From the NCBI RefSeq assembly GCF_964355755.1, contig NC_092680.1, forward strand, positions 9,610,001-9,674,000: a stretch of 64,000 nt of DNA, written 5' to 3'. The translations under genes and the position numbers were made by a program. The notes beneath the pieces were generated by a model. That model did not search any database and was not told where the DNA came from. It worked only from the letters and a program-made list of their open reading frames with translations. Positions 48,301 through 60,360 of the stretch are shown in pieces (the stretch's first letter is position 1; each line of letters begins with the position of its first letter). This DNA comes from Antedon mediterranea (Eukaryota; Animalia; Echinodermata).

Positions 48301-50011
48301 GTCTTGAGCCTCAAGAGAATAGCAACTATGTATGAGCTGTAATAAACAGTAAGTACAGTATAGAAATCATATATCGACTAGCATTAAAATTACAAGTGGG
48401 AGTCTGTAGTACAGTGAAAAATTTCATTTCAACATTTTAGCAAAATTGCTAATCAAACTGATTTAGTCGAGAAACATAGTTTTGTATTGTATTTTTTGCT
48501 ACACAATTTTCGAAATGTGTAGCAATAAGGTTGTTTTGTATAGCTTTTTGCTATGCCACACTGGCAAAATTATTCCTTGTAGTAGATAAAAGAGACGTTC
48601 AAAACAGGTTAAAAAAGAAAATCATAGTACGGTTATTATTGTACAGTATATTAATTAAACAAGCTGAACATTTTATATAGTGATTTAATACGCAAATAAT
48701 GTTTCTACATTTTTTTTACTGCAGAGTTTACGTGAATTTCTGTCAGCATTGATCATGTTATATTCCACCACCAGATTTGCATTTGTATAGAACGCCTTTG
48801 TCTTAAAATTCCGTCTCCACCCTGCTTTGACGTGATTTCTTTGTTTAACATACCTAGGTCTATTGTTCCATTGTGGCAGTCCAGCAATCACATAGTGGTT
48901 TTCTAACGTTAGTGTTTGGTTAATGTTTAGGTTCACTAATAACCGTTATTTTATTACATTTCTATAACGTAAAAAGAAACATTCAGATAACGTTTTTAGG
49001 TTAGCATTTACAGGATACATAACGCTATAAAAACGGTACTTGAATTTTAAAACTATAAAAATTTGAAAAAAAAATCAATAAAAACATTATTAGATAATGC
49101 CTCATTTCTATCGTTTTATTATACATAACCCTAACCCTTTATTTGTTTATACTGTACTAACTTAATTATTTAGATAGATTTAGATACACATAGGCGCTAG
49201 GCCGACAAAAGTTATTAAAATATGTTTCAGAACACCAGGTTTATTTCATTGGTACATTATATTTTATCAGTAAACCGTATATTAAATGCCTGGAATTTTT
49301 ATCATTTTATTTTATTGATGATCCTCCTTTATCTGCAAAAAAATAAAAACATTATTAGATAGATCTACAATGTACATTGTTATATAATTATGTAAACATT
49401 TTGTATATTCTTAAGTTGTTGGAATTCGATCATGATTAAGTCAATTACAAGGCGGTAGACCGGGAACCAGTCAACTGACAGAAGAGGGCTCTCAATGTCA
49501 TTTCTATTGACGTACCTGCACACAATATTCATAACAACACACCCCCACTTTAATAATGGAATAACCCTAAAAAAAACTCCGGAGCCAAAACGGCAGTTGA
49601 TCCAACTAGCCTATTATAACACCGATAATATAAAATTCTTTTGAACTCCCAAGCAAGGAAACCACAGCACAGTGCAAGCCCAGCCAGCACGCTGCAGACG
49701 GCCATCATGATGACGAGGCCCTAGCCTATAATACTAATAGGCTAGAGCCTAGCTAGCTACTACTAACTAGGCCTAGCCTAGCTAGGCTAGGCTAGCTAGG
49801 CTTGTTATATAGCCTACTACTAGTAGTAGTAGTATACGTCAACAACGGGCTAGGCTGTAACATTAATTTAATTAAGAACTCAATTTAGTATCATCATCAC
49901 CTTATTTGTAACTATTTGCGACTGTCGCTTTTTCTCCGTGTCTGATAACTGCATTAACCTTCTTTTTATATCTTTTCGTAAGAGTCTTTTGGCCTCTCTG
50001 GCGGCTGCCAT
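42330..50011 (-). CDS. MTHFS: 5-formyltetrahydrofolate cyclo-ligase, 199 aa; exons 50011-49901, 43848-43710, 42962-42840, 42556-42330
   Basis: [40 protein letters not shown]...[10 protein letters not shown]; exons sum to 600 nt with canonical in-phase splice sites. Confidence 0.96.
44632..45170 (+). mobile_element. Degraded LINE RT 3' fragment (Rex1/Babar-like) in MTHFS intron 1
   Basis: [20 protein letters not shown]...[10 protein letters not shown], followed by RMYCLRKL-like remnant and a short 20-bp tandem repeat at ~44915-45040. Confidence 0.65.
45447..49603. mobile_element. Merlin/IS1016-like non-autonomous DNA transposon with ~830-bp TIRs in MTHFS intron 1
   Basis: Arms 45447-46274 and 48774-49603 are near-identical inverted repeats starting GGATCAACTG; 8-bp TSD AACTAGCC (45439-45446, 49604-49611); internal minus-strand remnant [21 protein letters not shown] resembles a transposase N-terminal zinc ribbon. 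Confidence 0.85.
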
Positions 50012-50083
50012 TTTGAACTAGCACGCCATCTATCGACGACTAAAACGTTCTTATCGTTCTTGTTGTATAATAAACGATACATT

Positions 50084-53000
50084 ATTTACCTCCGCCAAGG
50101 AGGTATGTAATCGGTAGCGTGTGTGTTTGTTTACCTCCGCCAAGGAGGTATGTAATCGGTAGCGTGTGTTTGTTTGTTACTTGGCCAAATTGAAAATTGG
50201 CCAAGTATGTTGATCTGTTTGGTTTGTGTGTTTGTTACTTGGCCAAATTAAAAATTGGCCAAGTATGTTGATCTGTTTGGTTTGTGTGTGTGTTTGTTAC
50301 TTGGCCAAATTGAAAATTGGCCAAGTATGTTGATCTGTTTGGTTTGTGTGTGTGTTTGTTTGTTTGTTACTTGGCCAAATTAAAAATTGGCCAAGTATGT
50401 TGATCTGTTTGGTTTGTGTGTGTGTTTGTTACTTGGCCAAATTGAAAATTGGCCAAGTATGTTGATCTGTTTGGTTTGTGTGTGTGTTTGTTTGTTTGTT
50501 ACTTGGCCAAATTGAAAATTGGCCAAGTATGTTGTTATGTTGTTGGCCAAGTATTGGTGCGGTTTGTGTGTGTGTTAATTGTTTGTTTGTTTGTTTGTTT
50601 GTTTGTTACTTGGCCAAATTGAAAATTGGCCAAGTATGTTGATCTGTTTGGTTTGTGTGTTTGTTTGTTTGTTTGTTTGTTTGTCGTCACTCTAGCGCTC
50701 ACAGTTTTCATTCGAATGACTCCAAATTACTACCATACATGTCACCTGGTGCAAGGACGACACCGCCCAATTTTGATTAAAATCCGGACCACGGTTCCAA
50801 TTCTGGGCCACTTTTAAAAATTATTTTCAGACCTGCTAGTGTTAAAAGATAGGACAGAATTATCAAAAGCCGGTGAGCAGTCTTAAATTAACAAGTAAAC
50901 TTAAATTGCATTTTCTCGAGAACTACTTATCCAAAAAACTCCATTTTTGTACAAGAGGCAAGAGTTATAATTTGTGATTTGTAATTTTAAAACTTAATTA
51001 GATTTAATTTACAGGATTTTTGATGCGAGTAGTTTACAAAACCTATTTCTTTTCAAATTCACCCGTGTGTTTTTCGCGTTGCTGTTCTATTGTTAGCCGA
51101 CTGAAGCTATTGTTCGTTGAAAGGCTGGTTACATAACCTGTACACCAAACTTATATACACAGGATTGTAGTAAAATTAGCCTAAATCACACATCATTAAG
51201 ACACACACTTTTGGTGAAAATCGGGTCAAGTGTGTTTAGGAGGCCAATTTTGATTTGGCCAAGTATCGCGCTATGCGCGAAGGCTAGTTTGTTTGTTTGT
51301 TTGTTACTTGGCCAAATTGAAAATTGGCCAAGTATGTTGTTATGTTGTTGGCCAAGTATTGGTGCGGTTTGTGTGTGTGTTTGTTTGTTTGTTTGTTTGT
51401 TTGTTTGTTTGTTACTTGGCCAAATTGAAAATTGGCCAAGTATGTTGTTATGTTGTTGGCCAAGTATTGGTGCGGTTTGTGTGTGTGTTTGTTTGTTTGT
51501 TTGTTTGTTTGTTTGTTTGTTACTTGGCCAAATTGAAAATTGGCCAAGTATGTTGTTATGTTGTTGGCCAAGTATGTTGTTATGTTGTTGGCCAAGTATT
51601 GGTGCGGTTTGTGTGTGTGTTTGTTTGTTTGTCATCACTCTAGCGCTCACAGTTTTGGTTCGAATGACTCCAAATTACCATACATGTCACCTGGTGCAAG
51701 GACGACACCGCCCAATTTTGGTTAAAATCCGGACCACGGTTCCAATTCTGGGCCACTTTAAAAAATAATTTTCAGACCTGCTAGTGTTAAAAGATAGGAC
51801 AGAATTATCAAAGGCCGGTGAGCAGTCTTAAATTAACAAACAAGTAAACTTAAATTACATTTTCACGAGAACTACTAGTCCAAAAAACTTCATTTCTGTA
51901 CACGAGGCAAGAGTTATAATTTGTGATTTGTCATTTTAATACTTAATTAGATTTAATGTAGAGGTTTTTGATGCGAGTAGTTTACAAAATCTATTTCTTT
52001 TCAAATTCACCCGTGTGTTTTTCGCGTTGCTGTTCTATTGTTAGCCGACTGAAGCTATTGTTCGTTGAAAGGCTGGTTACATAACCTGTACACCTAACTC
52101 GTATACACAGGATTGTAGTATAATTAGCTTAAATCACACAGCATTAAGACACACATTTATGGTAAAAATCGGGTCAAGTGTGTTTAGGAGGCCAATTTTG
52201 ATTTCGCCAAGTATCGCGCTATGCGCGAAGGCTAGTTTGTTACTTGGCAAAAAAGAATTTTGCCAAGTATAGTATTCACTTTGTTGTATGTTTGTATGTT
52301 TGTATGTTTGTATGTTTGTTTGTTTGTTTGTTAGCACGATAGCGCCTACAGTTTTCAAGTTATCGTTCTGAATTTTTGGGTGTAGATAGGTATATATTGT
52401 CAGACCATGCCTATTGAAAATCAACAAAATTGGTTTATTAATAACTTCACAAATAACAAAAATGATATTATTTTCAGACCGGCTAGTGTTAAAAGATAGG
52501 AGACAATTTTCAAAAGCCGGCGAGCAGTCTTAAAGTAACAAGTGTACTGAAATTGCATTTTCTCGAGAACTACATGTCCAAAAAACATCATTTTTGTACA
52601 AGAGGCAAGAGTTATAAATTGTGATTTTTAATTTTAAAACAAAAGTTGATTCAGTGTACCAGCTTTTTTATACGAGTAGTTTAAAAAAACCTATTTCTTT
52701 TCAAATTCACCCGTTTGTTTTTGGCGTTGCTGTTCTATTGTTATTCAAATTAAGCTATTGTAAGTTGATAAGTAGTTTTGTTAGCACCAGCGTGTGTCCT
52801 TCCTTATTTCATCAGGTATATACTTACAGAACATGCCTATTGATTTTCAGGTAAATTGATATATTACTACATGGGTTAAGGCAGAGGCGCCGCAAATCGG
52901 TACAGCTTCAAGACACTCCTCGACCATTATTCTGGTCAAACTTGATTTTAGAAAGGTCATTGTTGCAATGCCGGAATTGTTTGCATTAAAAATTATTTAA

Positions 53001-53770
53001 ACAAATTATTAACCTTATCAGTATTTTAACCATGTAAAGATAATACCTAAAGCAAAAATTGTATCTTTCAACATGCTCCCAGTCAGTGGATATATTTTGC
53101 CAAGTACTTCACTCAGTTTCTGAGTGCTTTCATTTGTTTGTTTGTTTGTTTGTTAGCAGGATTACTCAAAAAGTAATTACAAGATCTTTACCAAAATGAA
53201 TAGACAGATAGATATGTGGTCAAGGACCATTCCATTAAATTTTGGGACCATTTGGGACCACAGTCCCAATTCTGGACCACTTTTTAGTATACTTTTTTAG
53301 ACCTGCTAGATAGGACAGAATTTTTCAAAAGCCGGCGAGCAGTCTTAAAGTAACAAGTAAACTGAAATTGCATTTTCTCGAGAACTACTTGTCCAAATAA
53401 CCAAATTTTTGAACAAGAGGCAAGAGTTATAATTTGTGATTTGTAATTTTTAAACATAATTTGATTTAATGTGCACGTTTTTTGACGCGAGTAGTTTAAA
53501 AAACCTATTTCTTTTCAAATTCACTCGTTTGATTTTCGCGTTGCTGTTCTATTGTTAGTCAACTGAAGCTATTGTTAATTGAAAGGCTTGTTACATAACC
53601 ATTACACCAAACTCGCATACACATGCTTGTAGTGAAATTAGTCTAAATCACAAACAGCATTAAGACACACACAAATATATATATATATATTTCTTTTTTA
53701 CCGGAGAAATCTTATGTAGGAGAATTTTACAGTAGGCGGAGGTATGCCCTCTCGGAGTGGCTTTCTAGTT
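50084..53770 (+). mobile_element. Nested/tandem Helentron-HINE complex (outer element plus three inner elements at ~50177-51290, ~51303-52237, ~52239-53135)
   Basis: Outer ends TTACCTCCGCCAAGGAGGT ... GGCGGAGGT...CTAGTT; inner ends TACTTGGCCAA..TTGGCCAAGTA ... CCAAGTATCGCGCTATGCGCGAAGGCTAGTT; (GTTT)n tracts; shared core repeated four times. Confidence 0.8.
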
Positions 53771-54123
53771 AAATTATTTTCTCATAATGGTTTTCCGTCA
53801 TACAATTAAATTGAATTCAGATGAGAATTCACACAAACATTCTTTATTGTGACAACACGCATATCATATAAAAATACATATTTTTAATATAATATATAAA
53901 ATGTTGGTATTTATTTTCTAGATATGATAAACCTATATATTACAGTCAATAATTCTGACTTCATTTATAAACATAGTATCGGCGCTTAACTTAATGGTTG
54001 ATACATTTTATAAATATGCTTAATAATCAACTTCAAAATTATGAAAGACATGGTTGATTAGCCGGTGATGAACCGGTAGCCTAATGAAAAACACAAAGTG
54101 AAACAAAATAAATAGGCCGACGT

Positions 54124-57100
54124 TTATAATAACTCTTCTCCGACTTCTGCTTCGTTTTCTAGACGTAGCCTTATATCGCCTATAGTATCGTTTGTTTTAT
54201 GATCGATGGAAGAAGTATTGTTTAAAGACTGAAATCGACGACTCAATCGTTTATGATAGATGGTGGTAAATGTAAAGAAAACAGACGATAAAATCCATAC
54301 AATCGTACTTGTTAAAATTGAGATGCTGTAGCTGCCTGTATTATCATACGACGTTCCTGTAAAAGACGAATATGCGGGCGATTAATTTTATATTAATGCA
54401 TCACGGTAAGCTTAGTATTACCACCATCGGTACGCTTATCACAATCATCATTGGTCCGCTTATCATTATCATCATTGGTACGCGCAGCATTATCATCATT
54501 GGTGCGCTTATCACTATCATTATGGTACGCTTCACTATCATCATTGTACGCTTATCACTATCATCATTGATACGCTTATCACAATCATCATTGGTACGCT
54601 TCACTATCATCATTTGCAGGATTAACGTTCATTTTGAACGCTAATATCACTATCATCCATTGGTATTCGTATCACTATCATTATTGGCATGCGTATCGCT
54701 ATCATCATTGTACGCTTATCATATCATCATTGGTACGCTTATCACTATCGTCATTGGTACGCTTATCACTATCATCATTGGCATGCGTATCGCTATCATC
54801 ATTGGTACGCTTATCACTAGCATTATTAGTATGCTTATCACTATCGTCATTGGTAGGCCTACGCTTATCATTATCATTGGTACGCTCAGCATTATCATCA
54901 TTGGTACGCTTATCACTATCGTCATTGGTACGCTTATCATTATCATCATTGGTACCTTATCACTATCATCATTGGTACGCTTATCACTATAATTATTGGT
55001 AGGCTTATCACTATCATTATTGGTACGTGTATTGTTCATCATCATCATTGACATGCTTAACACTATCATCATTATGCTTATCACTATCATCATTGAGACG
55101 CTTATCAATATGACCATCAAAATCATCATCACCATTAAATTAAATGTGTTAAATTCTACCTACCGTACAGAAATGGAATCGTGAGTGTTGATAAACCTAT
55201 TGAAATAATGGTATATGCCACAGATTCGGAGTTTCTTTCCAATCCAAATACCTCTATACCAGCTGCATATATTAATGAAAAATAGAATCCGATCGCAAAT
55301 CCTGTAACTAAATTATATAAATAAATATACATAATTAATTCACAGTCATTCAAATCACAAATGAGAGAGATCAATAAAATATGTTTAATATTATACAATA
55401 TTGTTGAATGACATCCTGGTGTACTCAATAATGAGAAGGGTTAGCAAGACAATAAATACATTATAATTACTATACGAGTCCATGGGGGCGGGGGAGGGAC
55501 ATCTAGTTAGAAAATGAGTCATTCTCTGAGACCTGATTGTGACGTTGAGAATTGCTGCAAGCAAATTATCTAAAAAACGCATCTTTGCCAATATTTTATT
55601 TAACAGCTGAATGGCTAAAGGTTATGAGTATAAGGTACTCACACGTTTGTGTTTCCTTAACTTTCCACTGATACAGCCGTTTGTTGGTAGGCAGTATTCT
55701 ATGTAACATCTTATAATTGAATTGTGCTAGTTTCTTATCTTTCATTTTACATACTTTCCGTAACCAAGAAGTTTTCCAATCAATGTTGTTATCATTGAAG
55801 TACTCTTCCCATTTTAGTTGTGACATTGGAATAATGAAATATTCTTTCACAAACCATGAGTATATTAGTTTGGTAGTATTAATCTCATACTAGATGCAGA
55901 TTGTAATAATAGGTGGTTTACCTGACGTAGAAACAGCAATCTGAGTGTAGCTGCCATTGAAAAACAATAATACAGAACTTGCAGCACCAATAATACTATT
56001 AATCGCAAGTGCCATTGGTCGAGATACTGGTAACTTATCTCCAAATAGTACACAAAACCCTCGTCCTAATATCTGTGCAGCTGACAAAATGATGACCTGT
56101 GTAGAAGCTTTTTCACTTGATATATCAAAACTCTCCACCACACTAACCTGAAATTAATACGAGAAAGTATTTTTATATTTATTTTATGTTAAAACATGGG
56201 TGTGGGTATAACATATTTTAAATCCACACCATGTGTGGGGTGTCAAGTCAAGTTAAAACATCATAATATTGAATTGTAATAGAAGGAAGTTGTAAACAGT
56301 CTCCAAATCCATTTTCATGAGGCTCCGACTTCTTTCCTAATATATATATTGCAATTAGAAAACCAGCCTTTCAAAAACAACATAGGGCCAGCTCAGGAGG
56401 TCCGGTATTTGGAAAATTCGAAAGGATAATTAAGACAGTAAATAGGCCTACGTACCAGAAAAAATAAATAAAAGAAAACAGCACTTGCTCCAAACGCTAC
56501 TCCAAAATTGAAAAGCCAATGTTCCCATGTTTTAAGTATACATATGTACTTCATGTATTTATTGCGTATATTACTATTATCTTTGTTTGAGGCCCTTCGT
56601 TCATTTTTGGGACTTTTTATGTGAATTTGTGGAGGCGAAGAAAGTGGTTTACAACAAGCAAGTCCAATTACGAAGATAACACCACTGTAACACTGGAAGA
56701 GAACCCTCCATCCACAGAGAGGAAACAGCATATTCATCAGTGGGGTTAGTGTCAGAGCACCTAAGAAAAGAAATTTAAAAAATGTCCAATTTAGTGAAAA
56801 TGAAAAATATTAAACAATATTACCAAATTCAAACTGTTTTATATTTCGCCTAGTCAACACTAGCAAACTTTACCAAACGTACATTTACATCTCAGCAAAC
56901 TAGTATGTCGAAGAAGGTGCATGGGCTAATTTTGCAAACTAGTTTCATGCAGTTTGCCAAATGTTATTGCTAAACTCCGAGGAGTTTGCTCAGGCTTGCA
57001 TGTGTTTCAATGTGTTACCCTACCTAACGATGCGCCAGCACTGCCTAATGATGTCACACGGGCCGACTGTTTTTCCGGAAAATAATAGCTAACAAGATTA

Positions 57101-57320
57101 AACAATGGGTTATAAAGAAAGTTTGCTCCCGTTCCGTATATGAAGCTGAACGTTAGCATAAGCAGTCTGACGTCGTTAACGAAAGATGATGTTAATACTC
57201 CAATAGAGCATAGAAATACGCCAATTATCGACACACTGCGATGGGATGTCAATTCATAGAGAAGACAAGATATGGGAGTCATGAAGCTGACAGCCGCCGA
57301 TGTTACTGAACCTATTGAAC
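54124..57320 (-). CDS. MFS transporter, monocarboxylate transporter (SLC16/MCT) family; exons 57320-57024, 56760-56456, 56147-55922, ~55307-55164, 54356-54124; first coding exon not found
   Basis: Successive TM helices with MCT-type motifs (LTFSFIYGTG, YF.EK, GWR, ILGRG, G..YDNTGSY); GT-AG introns in compatible phase. Confidence 0.85.
54415..55135 (+). repeat. 24-bp minisatellite (GGTACGCTTATCACTATCATCATT) in transporter intron
   Basis: Direct tandem units with point variants; explains the low-complexity ORFs here. Confidence 0.93.
55596..55855 (-). mobile_element. L1/Tx1 ORF2 C-terminal fragment in transporter intron
   Basis: KWE...IDWK..W....KL.QFNYKMLHRILPTN..L..WK, same motif family as 17697-18250. 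Confidence 0.75.
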
Positions 57321-59193
57321 CTGAAAAATACAAGAATAAATTTACATGCTTAGTACTAAACATTATCTAATGTAGTAAGAGCTTTGTCACTATCTATACT
57401 ATATGCCTAATTAAATTTTAAAGGGGCTAAATGTAATTTGTGATTCAGTAGGAGCAGGGTTTATTTTTTACCTCCATGGTAGGAGGAACTGATATATAAT
57501 TTAGTATGAGCTAATTTTCATTATCAAATTCGGTTTATGTCTGGTGTGTAACTAGGCCATTTATTACTAACAATACGAGTATACAATTTTAGACTCGATG
57601 CTTGAAACCCACCGCTGAAGGCCGGGCGTTATTAGCATTTTCAACATATTTTGATCTGGTGGGTGCTGGTCAACACGCCGTACCCGAAACAAACTCGTAC
57701 CCATGCCAACTCGTACCAACTTGGCTAACAAATAATTGGTCAACTTGTACCGACTTTGGCTAACCCGTGACCAAACCAACACGTAGGCCTACCCATGGAA
57801 ACTCGTACCTAAGTATTTGGCTTACTCGTACCAATTATTTGGCTTACTCGTGCGGGTACTTACTTTAACCTTGATGGCGCAAAACCTAGAGGTATGCTTT
57901 TGCCGTGTGAATATTTTTATATTTAAATTGTTTTTTTTTAATGTACAGGTCTCGCAGAAATGTGCCGATAAAAATGACCATTGATTGTAAACACCGTTTA
58001 TTAGGCATATCTATTTGTTAACATTTACTTAAAATGTAAATATATGTTTATAGAGAACGTATGTTTGTGTCTTTTATTTACGTAAGAGAACATTTAATTA
58101 AGAAACAAGCACGAATGTGCAATACTCGGGGTACAGTGAAAGAAGCTGTAATGACGTCATAAGACCGGATGTAACGTCACATACACATCAATAACCTACA
58201 GAATACGGCTATATGGTTACTTTTCTGTTAATTGTTATATTTTATATTGTGAAGGATGCACCTTTGTGCTAAGTGTGCCACCGATCTAAAGGTGTAATTC
58301 CAAATAAATAAATAAGTAAATAAATGGTACCATCTTCGAGACGTCATGTGGCTGCATCCGGTTTGAAATTTAAAAATCCGGCTTTATAGATTTGAGGACA
58401 TGTCCCTGTAGTATATTCATTCCAAATCCGAGCACAATACTACAACGAATAAGGGAGGAGTAGTACTTTATAAATCGCACTTTTTGCTCAATAGTGTCCG
58501 GATGGAGAAGAGGAAAAGATGAGAGTCCTAGACTCAGGTACCCCGAGTAATAAAACGAGATATACTCTAGGCCTATATCATATTACGTACAGTATATTTC
58601 ACCATAAAGTTAAAGAACAAGCACGAATGTGCAATACCCCGACTCCTGGGGTTTTTGTGGGAGGGGTGGGTGGTGTGGTGGTTTGTGATGTCACATTTTT
58701 GCTAGGGCTCGGGGTTGTAGGCTATCGAATTGTAAAATATATACTATAAAAGTTTTACAGTATTTGAATTATCCTCAGCAAGGCGTTTGGGGAAATATAG
58801 ATATAGATATACATATTTTATTCATTAACCAATATGACACCTATTCAATTACACATTTAGCAAAGTACTTTAACCATATCCAGCTATGTATCGGTCTCTC
58901 GGATTGTCTCATTACAGACATCCATACCTGTGTGAACATACACATGATGTTTACTGTTACTGTGTTCAACTACATCACCAATCCTCCAAGAAAAAAACGT
59001 CAATTGTGGGAGAGTGGGGTTGGGAGAGGGTTTGGGTTCAGGGGATTTTGCACAAAGCAAAATAAACATGTGTAAAAGTGATAATTACCGATTACACAAA
59101 ATAAATGTTTTAAAAAATAATAAAAATAAGATATACTGTGTATAAATTATCATATTGCGTATACAGTACTTTTCACCATAAAGTTTTAAAAAA

Positions 59194-59266
59194 AGGTTTC
59201 GCCCAGGCTCGAACCAGGTACCTTCTGCGTGTTAAGCAAACGTGATAACCACTACGCCAAGAAGCC
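59194..59266 (-). pseudogene. tRNA-Val(AAC)-derived pseudogene or SINE head
   Basis: Minus strand GGCTTCTTGGCGTAGTGGTTATCACGTTTGCTTAACACGCAGAAGGTACCTGGTTCGAGCCTGGGCGAAACC followed by a T run; two acceptor-stem mismatches. Confidence 0.75.
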
Positions 59267-60014
59267 GCATATAACTACATAACGCTGTGGTGTGTGTCAC
59301 ACATTGTGGCTTTTTAATTAAACAAATTAATTAACAAATAAGCACGAATGTGCGATACTCGGTGTACAGCAAATGAAGCTGTAATGACGTCATAAGACGG
59401 GATGTGACGTCACATACACATCAATAACCTACCAAATACGGCTATATGGTACCATCTTCGAGACGTCTTATGGCTGCATCTGGTTTGAAAATGAAAAATC
59501 CGGCTCTATAGCTTTGAGGACATGTGCCTTTAGTATATTCATGCGAAATCCCAGCTCAATACTACAACGAATAAGGGAGGAGTAGTACTTTGAAAATCGC
59601 ACTTTTTACTCAATAGTGTCCAGATGGAGGAGAAGGAGAAAATGAGTAAGTCCTAGACTCGGGTACCCCGAGTAAAAAGCACGAATGTGCGATACTCGGG
59701 GTACAGCAAATGAAGCTGTAATGACGTCATAAGACGGGATGTGACGTCACATACACATCAATAACCTACCAAATACGGCTATATGGTACCATCTTCGAGA
59801 CGTCATATGGCTGCATCTGGTTTGAAATTTAAAAATCCGGCTCTATAGATTTTAGGACATGTCCCTGTAGTATATTCATGCCAAATCCCAGCTCAATACT
59901 ACAACTAGTAAGGGAGGAGTAGTACTAATCGCACTTTTTACTCAATAGTGTCCAGATGGAAGAAGAGGAGAAAATGAGTAAGTCCTAGACTCTCGGGTAC
60001 CCCGAGTAAAAATG

Positions 60015-60086
60015 GGTTTCTCCATGGCTCAAACCGGGACCTTCTGCGTGTTAAGCAGACTTGACAACCACTACACTACGAAACCT
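60015..60086 (-). pseudogene. tRNA-Val(AAC)-derived pseudogene
   Basis: GGTTTCGTAGTGTAGTGGTTGTCAAGTCTGCTTAACACGCAGAAGGTCCCGGTTTGAGCC...; T-arm mutated. Confidence 0.7.
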
Positions 60087-60300
60087 CTTACACTAACATT
60101 GTGGGTTACACAACATTTTTTAATCCATTTAAATTACAAATAAATATGGTAATAAGCACAAAGCAAAATAAACATGTGTAAAAGTGATAATTACCGATTA
60201 CACAAAATAAGTATTTTAAAAAATAATAAAAATAAGATATACTGTGTATAATTATCATATTTCGTATACAGTACTTTTCACCATAAAGTTTTAAAAAAAA

Positions 60301-60360
60301 GGTTTGCCCGGGCTCGAACCAGGTACCTTCTGCTTGTTAAGCAAACGTGATACTACGCCA
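60301..60360 (-). pseudogene. Deleted tRNA-Val-derived copy
   Basis: Duplicate of 59194-59266 with a D-arm deletion and its 5' end caught in an inversion. Confidence 0.65.

Noticed and set aside
46112-48936. Two similar ORFs (MNLNINQTL...) on opposite strands as a duplicated gene
   Set aside because: They are the mirrored inner ends of the ~830-bp TIRs, start at GTG and show no recognisable domain.
51186-55184. Hydrophobic or low-complexity ORFs (CLFV, TNKQ, IIIG repeats)
   Set aside because: They arise from (GTTT)n microsatellites and the 24-bp intronic minisatellite.
10669-57320. PKS + MTHFS + transporter as a biosynthetic gene cluster
   Set aside because: The genes are tens of kb apart, separated by TEs, and MTHFS is a housekeeping folate enzyme; nothing in the sequence links them functionally.
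59194-60360. Functional tRNA-Val gene cluster
   Set aside because: Each copy has acceptor-stem, T-arm or D-arm defects and sits within repeat units.
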